Positions 39,837 to 52,399 of a DNA stretch of 64,000 bases are shown here, one piece after another. The DNA lies in the NCBI RefSeq assembly GCF_963921235.1, contig NC_086112.1, positions 64,356,001 through 64,420,000 on the forward strand, written 5' to 3'. The translations under genes were made by a program, and so were the position numbers. The notes beneath the pieces are model-generated. The model worked only from the letters and a program-made list of their open reading frames with translations. It was not told the DNA's origin and did not search any database. This stretch comes from Mobula hypostoma (taxonomy: Eukaryota). Position 1 is the stretch's first letter. Each line of letters starts with the position of its first letter.

Positions 39837-40436
39837 CGAGGGGTGATTGATAAGTTTGTGGCCTAAGGTAGAAGGAGTCAATTTCAGAAAACCTAACACA
39901 TTTATTTTTCAACATAGTCCCCTCCTACATTTACACACTTAGTCCAGCGGTCGTGGAGCATATGGATCTTGGAGCTCCAGATAGTGTCCACAGCAGGGGT
40001 GATTGATAAGTACGTGGCCTAAGGTAGAAGGAGATGAGTTATACAGCTCTCATTACATGCATGTGCAGTTCAACTCTTTGAGTGATTATGCAGAAAGTTT
40101 GAAGTTATTAACTCATCTCCTTCTACCTTAGGCCACGAACTTAGCAATCACCCCTGATGAGTTATTAACCTCAAACTATCTGCATAATCACTCAAAAAGT
40201 TGAACTGCGTGTGCATGTAACGAGAGTTGTATAACTCAACTCCTTCTCCCTTAGGTCACGTACTTATCAATCAATTCTGCTGTGGACACTTTCTGGAGCT
40301 CCAAGATCCGTATTTTCCATGACCATTGGACTAAGTGTGTAAACGTAGGAGGGGACTATGTTGAAAAATAAATGTGCCAGGTTTTCTAAAATTAACTCCT
40401 TCTACCTTAGGCCACGGACTTAACAATCACCCCTCG
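39837..40436. mobile_element. Fold-back (palindromic) mariner-derived MITE, 600 bp
   Basis: TA TSD (39835-39836, 40437-40438); 281-bp inverted arms; TIR CGAGGGGTGATTGATAAGT; arms carry a mariner transposase C-terminus (..HWTKCVNVGGDYVEK*). Confidence 0.9.
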
Positions 40437-40438
40437 TA

Positions 40439-41220
40439 GAAAACCTACAGGACAATACAGGCCCTTCGGCCCACAAAGTTGTGCTGAACATGTCCCTACC
40501 TTAGAAATTACTAGGCTTACCCATAGCCCTCTATTTTTCTAAGCTCCATGTACCTATCCAAAAGTCTCTTAAAAGACCCTATCTTATCCGCCTGCACCAC
40601 TGTTGCCGGCAGCCCATTCCACGCACTCACCACTCTCTGCATAAAAAACTTATCCCTGACATCTCCTCTGTACCTACTCCCCAGCACCTTAAACCTGTGT
40701 CCTCTTGTGGCAACTATTTCAGCTCTGGGAAAAAGCCTCTGTCTATCCACACGATCAATACCTCTCACCATCTTATACACCTCTATCAGGTCACCTCTCA
40801 TCCTCCGTAGCTCCAAGGAGAAAGACTGAGTTCACTCAACCTGTTTTCATAAAGCATGCTCCCCAATCCAGGCAACATCCTTGTAAATCTCCTCTGCACC
40901 CATTCTATGACTTCCACATCCTTCCTGTAGTGAGGCGACCAGAACTGAGCACAGTACTCCAAATGGGGTCTGACCAGGGTCCTATATAGCTGCAACATTA
41001 CCTCTCGGCTCCTAAATTCAATTCCACGATTAATGAAGGCCAATACACTGTATGCCTTCTTAACCACAGAGTCAACCTGCGCAGCTGCTTTGAGCGTCCT
41101 ATGGACTCGGATCCCAAGATCCCCCTGATCCTGTACACTCCCAAGATTTACCATTAATACTATATTCTGCCGTCATATTTGACCTACCAAAATGAACCAC
41201 TTCACATTTACCTGGGTTGA
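40439..41220 (-). mobile_element. CR1 LINE 3' end (its tail continues at about 39821-39836, beyond the MITE)
   Basis: QVDSVVKKAYSVLAFINRGIEFRSREVMLQLYRTLVRPHLEYCAQFWSPHYRKD; RVVSAWNGLP. Confidence 0.9.
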
Positions 41221-43263
41221 AAGAATTAGTCAGAACTCTTAATTGTATGCTCACTCTATCTGTCTCAAGTCCAGCCAAGGTATTTTATCTTCCAAGCTTA
41301 TCTTTTGTTCAACCTGTATCTTCAGAAATATCAATCTATTTTTAATGCTGCATCTTGGAAAGTGAAAGTTGAAATCATTCCTTAAATTACTATGCGCTTG
41401 TAACAAAAAATTAAATTGGATTTAAATTTTGCTTTCAAGATAAAACTCCTGTAAAGGAGACATATGTGTTCATAAACAACACATTTTACTTAATGTCATT
41501 GCACTGGAGTAACAGTTTATTTTAATAGTGGACTCATTTGAACATATAATCTTTCAGTTTCTCCCTAAAAGTTGGCAACTCTAACAGTACTGCACTGAAA
41601 AGTCAGCCTTATATTTTCTTATTTCCAGCAGCTTTTTGCTCTAGTAGAAGTAATTTCATTTCACTTTGTGATGATAACAGCCCATATACTGTGACACATT
41701 GCTTAAATATAGAATCATGGAAAAGTTATGGCTCAGGATGTCCACCACTTAGCTCATTGTATCTGTGTTGTCGGAAATGTGCTACCCAACCTAATCCTGC
41801 CTTTCTAAATATGGTTATGAGCCTTGCAGATTATGAATCATCCAAGTGCACATGAATGTAATGTTCAATATAATTAGTTTCTGCAACCGCCATCCCTTAA
41901 GGTGATGATTTCCAGATTCCTGTACCTTGTCTGCCCCATTCCTTGAAACAATTATTTTAAATTGGTACCTCCTGATTTTATGACTTATTTGCTAGGGGAA
42001 ATGGATATTTCCAGTTTAATCTCCCAGTCACTCAATTTTATATAGTTCAATTAATTCTTCCCTAAGTTCCAATGCAAACAACTCTACCTTTTCCAGTTTT
42101 TCCCCCTTAAAACTAAAATATTCCAGTGCTTGCAATATCTTCATGGACCTCCTCTGCAATCCCTCTGATGCAATCACATCGTTCCTGCATTATGATGGAC
42201 GTACCTAGTATTTCAAGCTGTGATCTAATTAGTGCTCTGTTTAGTTCAATATAACCTCCCTGCATTTACATTCAAAGCTTCAGCTAATTGTCTTCAACCA
42301 TACCCATGTTAAATGAAACAGTGTTCTTCCAGGTGCATACAGTCACACAGCACACAACACATAGCACAGAATTAAGATAGCACAGATGGTCTTAGCCCAA
42401 GTCCCTTGGGGATGGCCTGAAGATTGATGGTGCATGGGATATTGTCCCGGAGCTACTTTTCTGCAAGAAGTATGCAGCAGATCCTCATCTCGTGCTGCCA
42501 TGGATGAGTGCAGTCCAGCTCGTCTCCCACCGAACACTGGAGAGCTGCAATGATAGGAGGGGCCAACCCCCAACCAAGCACCAACTCCAGCATGCCTGCC
42601 ACGCCTCTGCTCCTTCCCTGGGCGGCTGCAACAAACAATGCCACTCATGTGCCTTTTTAACTACTTTATTGAACTAGTCTTGCTATATTTTAGAACCTTA
42701 ATGGAGATAATCCAAGGTCTTTCTGCTCCTCACAAACTCAATATATTCTCATTTATTGCATACTCCCTGTGTTGTTTTAGGGAACGTGTCATGCCAACCA
42801 TCAAGCACCCATCTTAGACTAATCCTACCCTAGTATATTTCTCCACACATCCTCAAAGCCTGAGCATTTGTTCTGATACTGCTCATCTATATGCTCGAAG
42901 TAGTTTACAGTGGCCAATGTTTGGGATGTTGGTAAGAAACCACAGTACCCAGAGGAAATTCTTGTTTTCCTGCCTGATTTGCTAAGCAATCTACATCTTC
43001 TTGCAGTCTAAGCTTTGCCCCTCACTGTCAACTACATGTCCAACTTTTTTACCATCTACAAACTCCATCATCACAATTGCCACATTGTGGGAATTGTACA
43101 ATTGCGGGAATAGTGAATGCTGTGGAAACCTACTGACAATACCCCTTCACTTTTGCTTCCAGCCAACCACACCCAACTTTGGATCCAATTGCCAATCTCC
43201 ACAGTCTTACCTTTGACCAGCCAATCTATCGATAATTTTATGAGATCAACTTTCACAAGGTCA

Positions 43264-43512
<249 letters not shown>

Positions 43513-45815
43513 TCAGGCAACATCTATGGAGAGGCAAAAGGTAAATATTTCAAGCTGATGACCTTTCATCACAACTACAAAATGTTAGAAATACAAAATA
43601 AGCAGCTTTGGGCTGTAGAAATCGAGGGGAGGAGAGGGGAGCATAGAAGTAATTACTGTGATAGAAAAGATTAAATGATTCAAAAAATGTTGGCATTAAG
43701 ACAAAAAGGGGACAGAAATGGGACAAGTAAAGAAACAGAAAGATTCAAGGGAAGGAAAGTGAAAGTATAGGTTTAACTCTCTGTTAAGTCCAGAAAACCA
43801 TAAAGTTTCAGACCAAAATGCTATCCTTCTAATTCTTGTTGAGCGTTACCAAACAGTGCACGAATCTAAGAACAATGTTCTTAGGGCAGAGAAATTAAAC
43901 TGACATGGGTCATTTTAAGGGATTGAATTGAGGTATTCTAGAATACATTCACCCATCAGTGTCTGGTCTGGCAAATTAACAAGGGTTTGCTGCATGAGCA
44001 ATGAATACAGTATGTCAAATTGGGGAAAAAAACAAGCATATGTAAATATCTCTATTAGTGGAATAACAGAATTTGAAGTAATGGATGGTGGGAAGGACAG
44101 CGGTAAAAATGTATGTTTTAAATCTCCTATGGTTGTATAGAAAGGTGTTATGGAAAATGGGGGGGGGGGGGGAGGTACAGACATGCCAAAAGACTGGATG
44201 AATGTCAAGAAAGGGACAACTAAACTGTTTCTCTTTCCACAGATGTTACCTTACCTGCTGAGTGTTTCCATCATTTTCTGTTTTCAGTTTATTGCTTTCT
44301 GAGCTGAAAAAGGAAGGGAAAGATGTTTTGGTGAAAGTATCAGATTACAGCTAGCACTAATGGCAAAGAACAGTCTGTTAAATGTGGAGACTTAGACAGT
44401 TGAAAGCAAAAGACAAAAGGAACCTTACCATGATTTGCAGAGTGAAGGGCAGGAAAACTCAGGGAAATGAAAGAGACATTATTTGGCACCTTTACACAAA
44501 CTGCAAGGGAATCCTTAGTTAGGGAAAAACAGAAAAGGTAGTACAATAACATCCAATGGAGACAGAACCTATTGACTAATTCCTTCAAGGAAGCAGGACA
44601 GAAGGAGGCATAATCAAGTTGGCTGTGAGAATAAATGGTCTTATAACACATACTGAACAATGATTCACATATGTGAAGTTCAGCAGTATCAGAGGATAAT
44701 TCTGCTGCTCCTCTTTAAACCTTTGCTGGGCTGGTCTGGCTTCCCGATTTGTCCCACTAGAACCTTTTTCTCCTTACATTGGTCCTTCGGCCATTTAATT
44801 ACTCTTGCATTAGAACCTATTATCTTTCTGTTATTGCCTTCCCTTATCTGCATCTTATAACTTGGTCATCCCTAATTTTTTTCCAGCTCATTAAACTAAA
44901 ATGCAAGATCAACCTCACAGGGCAAAAATTTCAACGGAAGAGAATGGACTCAAGGGGTTAAGGTAAAGTGTTAGTACATTTATTTTTAAAAATTGTTTAA
45001 AAGTAATTTGAATCCAAACATTGATGGTACGAAATTGTTGATGCTGATAGCAAGAAGAATCAAAGGTTACCCGAAGGTAGGAGAATGGGGTTGAGAGGGA
45101 TAATAAATCAGCCTTGATGGAATGGCAGAATAGACTCGAAGGGCTGAATAGTCTTTGTCTTATGGAGGGTATTCTTTGACTACAGAATTTGTTGGCAAGA
45201 TGAGCAGAGCAATGGCAGATGGAACTTGATCCAGAAATAAGTGAGAATAAGCATATTGGGGTAACTAATAAAATTGCATTATGTATGGCAAATGAAGGAA
45301 CCTAGAATGGATTGAGGAAAAAGGGACATTGCCATAGATGTCCTAAGGTCCCTGAAGGCAGCAGACAAGGTTAAGGCAGTCTTCATTAGTTGAGGTATTG
45401 AAAACAAATGCGAGATTACTGAGTGACCACATTAAACATTAGTTACACAGTCTAGTACTGAGTGAATTTCCTGTCACAGCTCTGAGAAAGATGTGATTAC
45501 AAAAGAGAATACAGAGAAAGTTCACCAGAATGTTAACCTTGATGAAGTGTTTCAGCTATGAGGAGAGTTAGCTGAGTTTGTCTTCCTTGGAATTAGAAGG
45601 CTGAGTGGGATCTGGCTGAGGTTTACAAAACTGAGAAGCAGAGTGAAAAGATAATTGTTTCCCCTCAGCAGAGTTGTGTAAAACTGGACTTTGAGTTTAA
45701 AGACACAGGCTTTCTTTAAAAGACGTGTCTGAGAATCAGAAGTCAAAGTAAAATAAGTTTTCCTATGACCATTTCATTGCTGCAAAGAAAAATGAAAAGA
45801 AAATTAAGTTCTTAC

Positions 45816-46126
45816 CATGCTAGATCAAAGTTAATACCACTTGTACCAGGTAACCATGTAGATATGTCAAATTCTTCCTTTGTTTTATTGTGTTGTGATG
45901 CAGAATCATGCTTTCTTGTTAGCTTGGATTTCTTTTGTCCTAACAAATTGAAAATAGCTTCAGTTTGCTGTAGGACCTCAGACATATGTTCATTTCCCAC
46001 ATGCTTGTGAATGCACACTTCTTTATCAAACTGCTGTCCACAGCATTCCCAATGTATATTTTCCTCATCCAATTCTGGGTTACTGCTTTTAGATACTTGT
46101 CTTGATTTGATAAAAAGTGCAAATGC
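45816..46126 (-). CDS. TSTD2: TSTD2 coding exon 2
   Basis: tttgttttag acceptor, GTAAG donor; AFALFIKSRQ...WECCGQQFDKEVCIHKHVGNEH...DISTWLPG (C2H2-like CC..H..H motif); 311 nt. Confidence 0.92.
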
Positions 46127-47101
46127 CTAAAACAAAGAAAGTATAAGTGTATGTGACAAGAAAACGATAAAATTACATTGAAAGTACTATCATAACGAAA
46201 TCACAAGTGAAAAGTAGAAGTTTTATGGTTCACTAAGTTAGGCGACTACTCATTTCATTACCACAAAATCAACACTCTTGTTCTCTTGGAAGATAATGTA
46301 TGCAATTCAAAAAACATTTATTTCCTTTCTTATTAAAAGTTATAAAATCTACTGCTACTTTGGGATATCAGTCAATCTGTGAAAGCTGTTTGCACAATAT
46401 CAAAAGTATCAGGATGCAAGTATTCTAAATCAGCAAACACATTCTAGGAATCGATTATTGCAACTGGGTTTATGTTAATGAATACACACAATGACAATCA
46501 AGATCTCAGTTTGTTTAACTGCATGCAGCAAGTGACAACCATCACCAAGATTAAAAAAAAATCTTCCAATGAGAATTCCGTCTTTGAGTTAGCACTATTT
46601 TCAAACCACTTAATGCACAATAGAAATGATGCAATTACATTTCTAAAAATATCATGTAGTCTAATAGATTACAGTAAAAGCCAGTATCATCTAGTAAATT
46701 TTGATCACAGACAAATCAGAGGTTATACAGGTTCCACAAATGTGATTTAGGCATGCACTAACATTTCTATAATGTTATGCATGAACATAGGAGATATAAT
46801 ACAAAAAACAAAGGAGCCAAGATCCAAATAAAAATAGAAACTAATTGAAAAACTCAGGTAAGGCATGTAGCTTCATGACAATTACCTTTCATGTCTGGAA
46901 ATGCTGATGAGATAAATTGTTGCAAAATGCAGAGAAAGAGAGGAGGAAATTTCAAAGAACGAATGGAAGGATTGCAATGGGGCAGAAGGCCACAGACAGA
47001 AGTACAAGGTAGCGAAAGTTTGCAAGTGCCATAAAACTGGACTTGCCTTCTACCACCTTGAGGCTGCATAAAGCCATCGTACATTTATGATCAAAGTACG
47101 T

Positions 47102-47195
47102 GTCCTGACGAAGGGTCTCGGCCTGAAACGTCGACTGTACTTCTTCCTATAGATGCTGCCTGGCCTGCTGCGTTCCGCCAACATTTTGTGTATGA
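47102..47195 (+). mobile_element. Solo Penelope 3' fragment beginning at an intact hammerhead motif (47102-47136)
   Basis: GTC-CTGACGA-AGGGTCTCGGCCT-GAAA-C-GTC-GAC then ttcttcctatagatgctgcctggcctgctgcgtt. Confidence 0.75.
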
Positions 47196-48880
47196 TGCAT
47201 ATTTATATACAACATTGAGATTACAGGCAGCCACAAAAGAAACCGACAGAATCCATTAACAGACCACTGTACACCCATTGGGCAGGAAAAAAATGAATCA
47301 TGCAAACAATAAAAGCAAATAACATTCAGAACTGAAGTTCACAAAAGTGAATTCACAGCCACGAAGCCAGTCATCACTGCAGCGATCCAGGAGCCTGATA
47401 ATTGCAGGCTACAGCCTCAGTTCAGTGCAGAAATGAATAAGCCTCACAGAGCTGAACACCAGGCCGTCCTTTTCCTCCGCCCTCCGACCGTTTCAATCTA
47501 GCCTGGCGCTTTTAAATTGGTCAAACCTCAGGTCCTTACTCTCAGACCCTGGCTCTACCGCCTCAATTTGGTCCGTACCTGACCTTTCCAATCTGGCCTG
47601 GGGCTTAAATCAGCCAAACAGTGGGGTTTTCCTCACTCTCGGGCCTGGGCCCCACTGCCTCAACTCAGTTCTGCTGCTTCGAATTGCCTCTAAGTCCGCC
47701 CCAGCAATGATCAAACGTTGGCTTATTCCTTGCTCTTGGGGCAGTCCTGTCCTGTCCTGCATCTCTGAGACTTCAGTTCACACCACAAGAATGCCAAGTG
47801 GTACAGGCAGTTCAGCTCCGAAAGGGAAGTTACAGGCTACTGATTGCAGTGATAGTTTCTGAGAAAAAGTGTGATAGGTTAATAGTTTTGTTTGCTGCCA
47901 GTACCTTGTCGCTGTGCTTCACCAGCACCATTTTAAAAGCTGTTTTTACTTCTCTCTGACAGTCTAAGATCCAGATATCTGATCTTTTTCAATGCACCTT
48001 TATGTCTCAAATTACATAATTAACATTTTTCTATGAAACTCAAATGACTCCAGGCAGCAGTTCAGAAACAAACTTGCTCTCTGACCTTCTGTCAAGATAT
48101 TTTTGAAAACTTTTAACGCTGAGGATTTATGAGTAGAGAATCAATTGATTCTGTCGATAATCTTTCAGAGCCTTACTTGAGCCAGGTAAATGCATACTAG
48201 ACAATGAGACAAAAATAATGCAAATACTGGAAATCTGAAACGAAAACAGAAAACTGCGGAAACAAGTCAGAGAGTATCTGTAGAAGAGAATAAGAGTTAA
48301 TATTTCTGGTCACAAACCGTTTGTCTTCAACGCAAAACATTTAACACTTTTCTCTGACGCTGCCAGGTATACCGAGTGTTTCCAGCATTTTCTGTTTTCA
48401 TTTCAAAGTACCAGTCAAGGTAAGAGTGACTGGCTCACTTTCCTCAGGAACAGGCAAAGGTGACGCGGATCAAATTGTTTTAAGTTTATCCAGTTTAGAG
48501 TCGAAATCAAACAGCGTGGAAAAGGTAATCTTTGCTGAAGAGAAAAAATTCTCACTATCTATCACATGCCCCTGGTAATTTTGGGTTCTCATTCAGGTTT
48601 CCCTCGGTCTTGATTCCATGTTTAATACTCACTGAATAGCAAAAATAAAAGGCACCAACACTGGGTAATAAATCTCTCAAACAAAACTTCGGGAAATGTT
48701 CAGCACTTCGTAAGTATGGATTTGTTAATAATTCAGGAACGAAGTATTGGAATTGGAAGTAAATTCAAGCTAAGCTTTCAAGAACTCGGATGATAAAGCA
48801 AGAGAGAGGAAAATGCCCTGAAAATGTTTCAGTGGAAAGTGAAATGGGCAGAGAACCCGATTCCAGAGGGCCTGCCTCAC

Positions 48881-49033
48881 CCGTTTCCTCGCTGGTCCTC
48901 GGTGCTTACGGCCCAGCTGCCCGCTGCCGGTGCCGCTGCCGCTCCCGCGGGCCGGGTGACAGGCGGCTTCGCGTCCCTTGTCAGAGCCCTCAATGTCCAG
49001 CTCCGGCATGCCGGCATGAAACAAAGTCTCCAT
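48881..49033 (-). CDS. TSTD2: TSTD2 coding exon 1 (METLFHAG...GPARKR)
   Basis: ATG at 49033-49031 in the CpG island; 51 codons ending in a basic ARKR motif, donor GTGAGG at 48880; phase 0 joins to AFALF of the next exon. The exact start codon is less certain. Confidence 0.75.
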
Positions 49034-49303
49034 GATAGCACGGAGCGAACCCACAGCCTGCACACAGGCCGGAATGCTAGACGGCGGGCGGAAACCCCGC
49101 AACCCGAGGACACGCCGGACCCAGCACGACGGCACGGCCGGAAGGAATTTTCGCGCCCCCGGAAGAGCTTGTGAGGAGAGGCGGCCATTAGGTGGGGGGC
49201 TGCGTCTGCAGGCTGTTTCTGGACGGAGAGAGTGAGGGGATAGTTGAGTTAAATCGGCCAGCACCTTGCGTGTTCTTCCTATTAATCCGGCGACTGGCCA
49301 GAA

Positions 49304-49337
49304 ATGTCGAGAAGACGGCATAGTGACGATAATGACG
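49304..49337 (+). CDS. NCBP1: NCBP1 (CBP80) coding exon 1
   Basis: ATG TCG AGA AGA CGG CAT AGT GAC GAT AAT GAC G = MSRRRHSDDND(G), the first half of the bipartite NLS; gtgggt donor. Confidence 0.95.
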
Positions 49338-50789
49338 GTGGGTAAAACCGGAATGGTAGAAGCACACGATATTTGCGCGGTTAGAACTGGTGCCTCTCGG
49401 CCGGTTTCCGTGACGACACTGATATGGGTGGTTGTGTTCTTTACCTGGTGTTCTTAATTTGAAAATTTTCAATTGATTTGTTTTTCCTCCCGTCGTCCAG
49501 AGAACAACAGCCCGCTGTAACTGCTCTGTCCCCATTAGAGTTAGCAGAAGGAGTCCATGCGGTCCTTCAAGGTTGCTATAACATACAATTAGATTATGAC
49601 TGGCATTCTGTTTCAAGTCCCGCTGCTCTGCTGTACTCAGCGTGCAACTCATCTCTGTACTAATCCTACTAACCATTTTAATATATAAAATTTACTGCAT
49701 CTTAATACATTTAATTTTTTTTGTAATTATCAATATCGAGCTAATTTAAGATTCTTGTGATATAATTCCTGGATTTTTATAAACAATATGAATTTTCTCA
49801 CCTAAACAATTAAATATGCGTCAAAGAGTCGTGCTGCAGGGTAGATATGAGGAGAGATTGAGTAGATCAGGCGTCTTATTAGCTGGGTTTAGAAGAATGA
49901 GAGGAGATAACAAGGTAGATTCCCCTGTCTGTGGAATCTAAAACTAACAGTCAGGGTTACACAATAAGAGTTGGGGTATTCGGAACTGAAAAGAAGAGAC
50001 ATTCCTTCATGTGGAGTACAATAATTTCTTGCACCATAAAACTCTGAAGGTTCAGTCTTTGATTGCATTCCAAATAGAGACTAATTGACTTCCGACCATA
50101 AGACATAGAAGCAGAATTAGACAATTTAGCACATTGAGTATATGCCACCATTCCATCTGGATAATGAATGAATCAACATTTAACGAGATAGTGTTGGACA
50201 ATAATTTTGAGGTAGGTCAGCCATGATGTTATTGAGTTGCTTGCAGATCTGGCTCAAGGGATTGAAAGGCCTAATCCTGCTTCTACTACTTTTGTTGTTT
50301 GGTTATGTAATACCACTGCTGCACTGCTGTCTTCAAGGGCCGTTAGACTCTGGACAAACCATAAGTAATCTCACTATCCCATATCGCAACAGCAATTCTG
50401 CTGACTTGTACCATAATTTTGTTTCAATTACAAACTAATCTTATTTCTTATCTCTTTCTGTAATGCAGTATTAATCCCTCAATTTCATATTGTAGATCTA
50501 ATTGTGCTCACACTGTATGTTCCCAAGTTAATTCTATTGCTTTGCTCTTTCACTGTGCTTCCACTAACTCATTCTTGTTCCATTAGCCAAAAATAATCCC
50601 TGTGTTCTGCTCCCCTGTAGTCCTGCAAAATGCCTAAACCAATACTGCTACTTTGTCATATTTCCTCAATACCGTATCAATCCAATCTAATTTCAACATT
50701 TGTGGTTTTCTTTTTCCACTTTATTTTACATTTTTGTCTAGCCCTTCCTGCTGCAGTATTAAAAGTCCTATCTGACGCATCTCTGATCC

Positions 50790-50990
50790 TCCACATTTAT
50801 TTATTTATTGAGATACAGAGTGGAATAGGGCCTTCTGGCCCTTGGAGCTACATTGCCCAGCGACCCCTTATTTGACCCTAGCATGATCATGGGACAATTA
50901 ACCTACCAACTTGTACATCATTGGATTGTGGGAGGAAACCAGAGCACTCAGAGAAAACCCATGTGGTCACGGGGAGAACATTCTCATTCC
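50790..50990 (-). mobile_element. V-SINE remnant
   Basis: ttggattgtgggaggaaaccagagcac is the reverse complement of the V domain; (ttta)n tail. Confidence 0.6.
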
Positions 50991-51229
50991 ATTTTGGAAA
51001 CTAGATTTTCCAGATTTTAATGTAAGCAAGCTTTTAGATTTTGCATGATTGAACTGAAAAAAAAGATGAAATTACTTTTAATAACGTAGTAGCTGTAATA
51101 TTTGCGAACTGTAATAATAGTTTGTGATCTGTGCACCTTAAAAGCTAAAAATCTAATATATTTACTGACTATTACAAGAAAAGTAGTTTTAAACAAAATC
51201 CCATGTTTCAAATGGAAATTAGTTATATA

Positions 51230-52275
51230 TAGAGGATTTATTTGGGACAACTATTAAAGAACAAAAAATAATTAAGAAAATAGCCAGGATTCTCTTCATT
51301 TATTTGGGGCACAGTGTCACTTAATTGGGACAGGAGACTGTTGCCAAAGTTTCTAACTAGCGTCAGTCGCGTGCGTTTGTGTGGCTGTTAAACACTACAC
51401 CGTGCTTAGAGCAAACAGTTTTAAAATAGTGTGTGTTCAAAAACACTGATTTTTGTTACTGATAGTTGATTAAAAAGCAATAAAACAACTCAGACTTGTT
51501 TTGTTCACTGCGGTTTCAAGCATTTAGGCTTGAAGATGCCAGAGATGGCCAGGAGTGAAAATTAAATGATTTTGTTACTTCAACAAGTTATGAACTATAG
51601 AATTTGAAGGTATTGACAGTCATCTTGAATGCTACAATGAAAATTTGGAGAATGCAATCAATATGTGAAGGCAGTCAATTACCTGCACTAGGTGTCTGCT
51701 GATTTGTTCATTTACAATCAATCAAAAGAACACAGCAGCATACAGTGGATGAATTCCTCCGTATATAACTATCAGGATCTACAGTTTTATAGTACTATAG
51801 TAAAATTGTTAGGGTGTCCAGGGAGAGGTGGCACCTCTGGTGAAGAGACTTGTCATGTCCAGTCTGGGACAGCTCACTCAACTTTGATTCCCAGCAGACA
51901 CTCTGCTCTCACCTGTGGTTCCAAGTACCTGTTAGTATACAACAACAGTTACACCACTTGGACAGGCGGGCTAATCCAAGTGAGGATAGTTGGCGGTTCT
52001 TGTACCCCGGTAAGATGGGACAAGCCTGTCCTAGCACGCCAAGTCAGCTCTGATGGAGTGGGTGAATGAGATCTACTTTGAGAATTGCCACGTATTGTTA
52101 ATGTTTAAATTGATCTGTATTTCATTTAAATGTATAATTTGTTACTCAGTTGAAGGTAATTTGTCTTTTTAATGTTTTAAAATATTTCCATGACACTTTG
52201 GCTAATTGCAACAGTCACTTAATTGGGCCAAAATGTACTGGCCCCGATGTGTCCCAATTAATGGGAATCCATTGC
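51230..52275. mobile_element. Degenerate pogo/Tigger-like non-autonomous DNA transposon, interrupted near 51810-52080 by another repeat
   Basis: Repeated ttaattgggac subterminal motifs; right end gtgtcccaattaatgggaatccattg; left end eroded. Confidence 0.45.
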
Positions 52276-52399
52276 ATGCAGATATAGATGTAGTCACTCT
52301 TTTTAACTACGGAAAGTTGAGGATGACATCATGATCTATTAAAAGAATCATTCATTGAAAATTGAGGAGAAACAGTGTGATAGCAGTAAAGGAGTCTCA

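Larger units (their letters stand above)
48860..49560. promoter_or_regulatory. CpG island / bidirectional promoter of TSTD2 and NCBP1
   Basis: Only strongly CpG-rich stretch in the window; GC box GGGCGG 49086-49091, two CCGGAAG ETS/GABP-type sites (about 49138-49144 and 49159-49165), E2F-type TTTCGCGC 49149-49156; no obvious TATA. Confidence 0.85.

Noticed and set aside
39837-40436. CRISPR-like array (repeated 38-bp motif with spacers)
   Set aside because: Copies are in mixed orientations, spacers are inverted duplicates of each other, there are no cas genes, the context is eukaryotic, and a TA TSD plus transposase remnant identify a mariner derivative
44159-44172. Poly-G run (also about 12492-12503) as a functional G-quadruplex
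   Set aside because: Isolated homopolymers inside decayed repeats, with no positional or other support
48790-49676. Several overlapping ORFs around the CpG island as separate genes
   Set aside because: Expected from stop-codon scarcity in GC-rich DNA; they overlap or oppose the real TSTD2 and NCBP1 first exons
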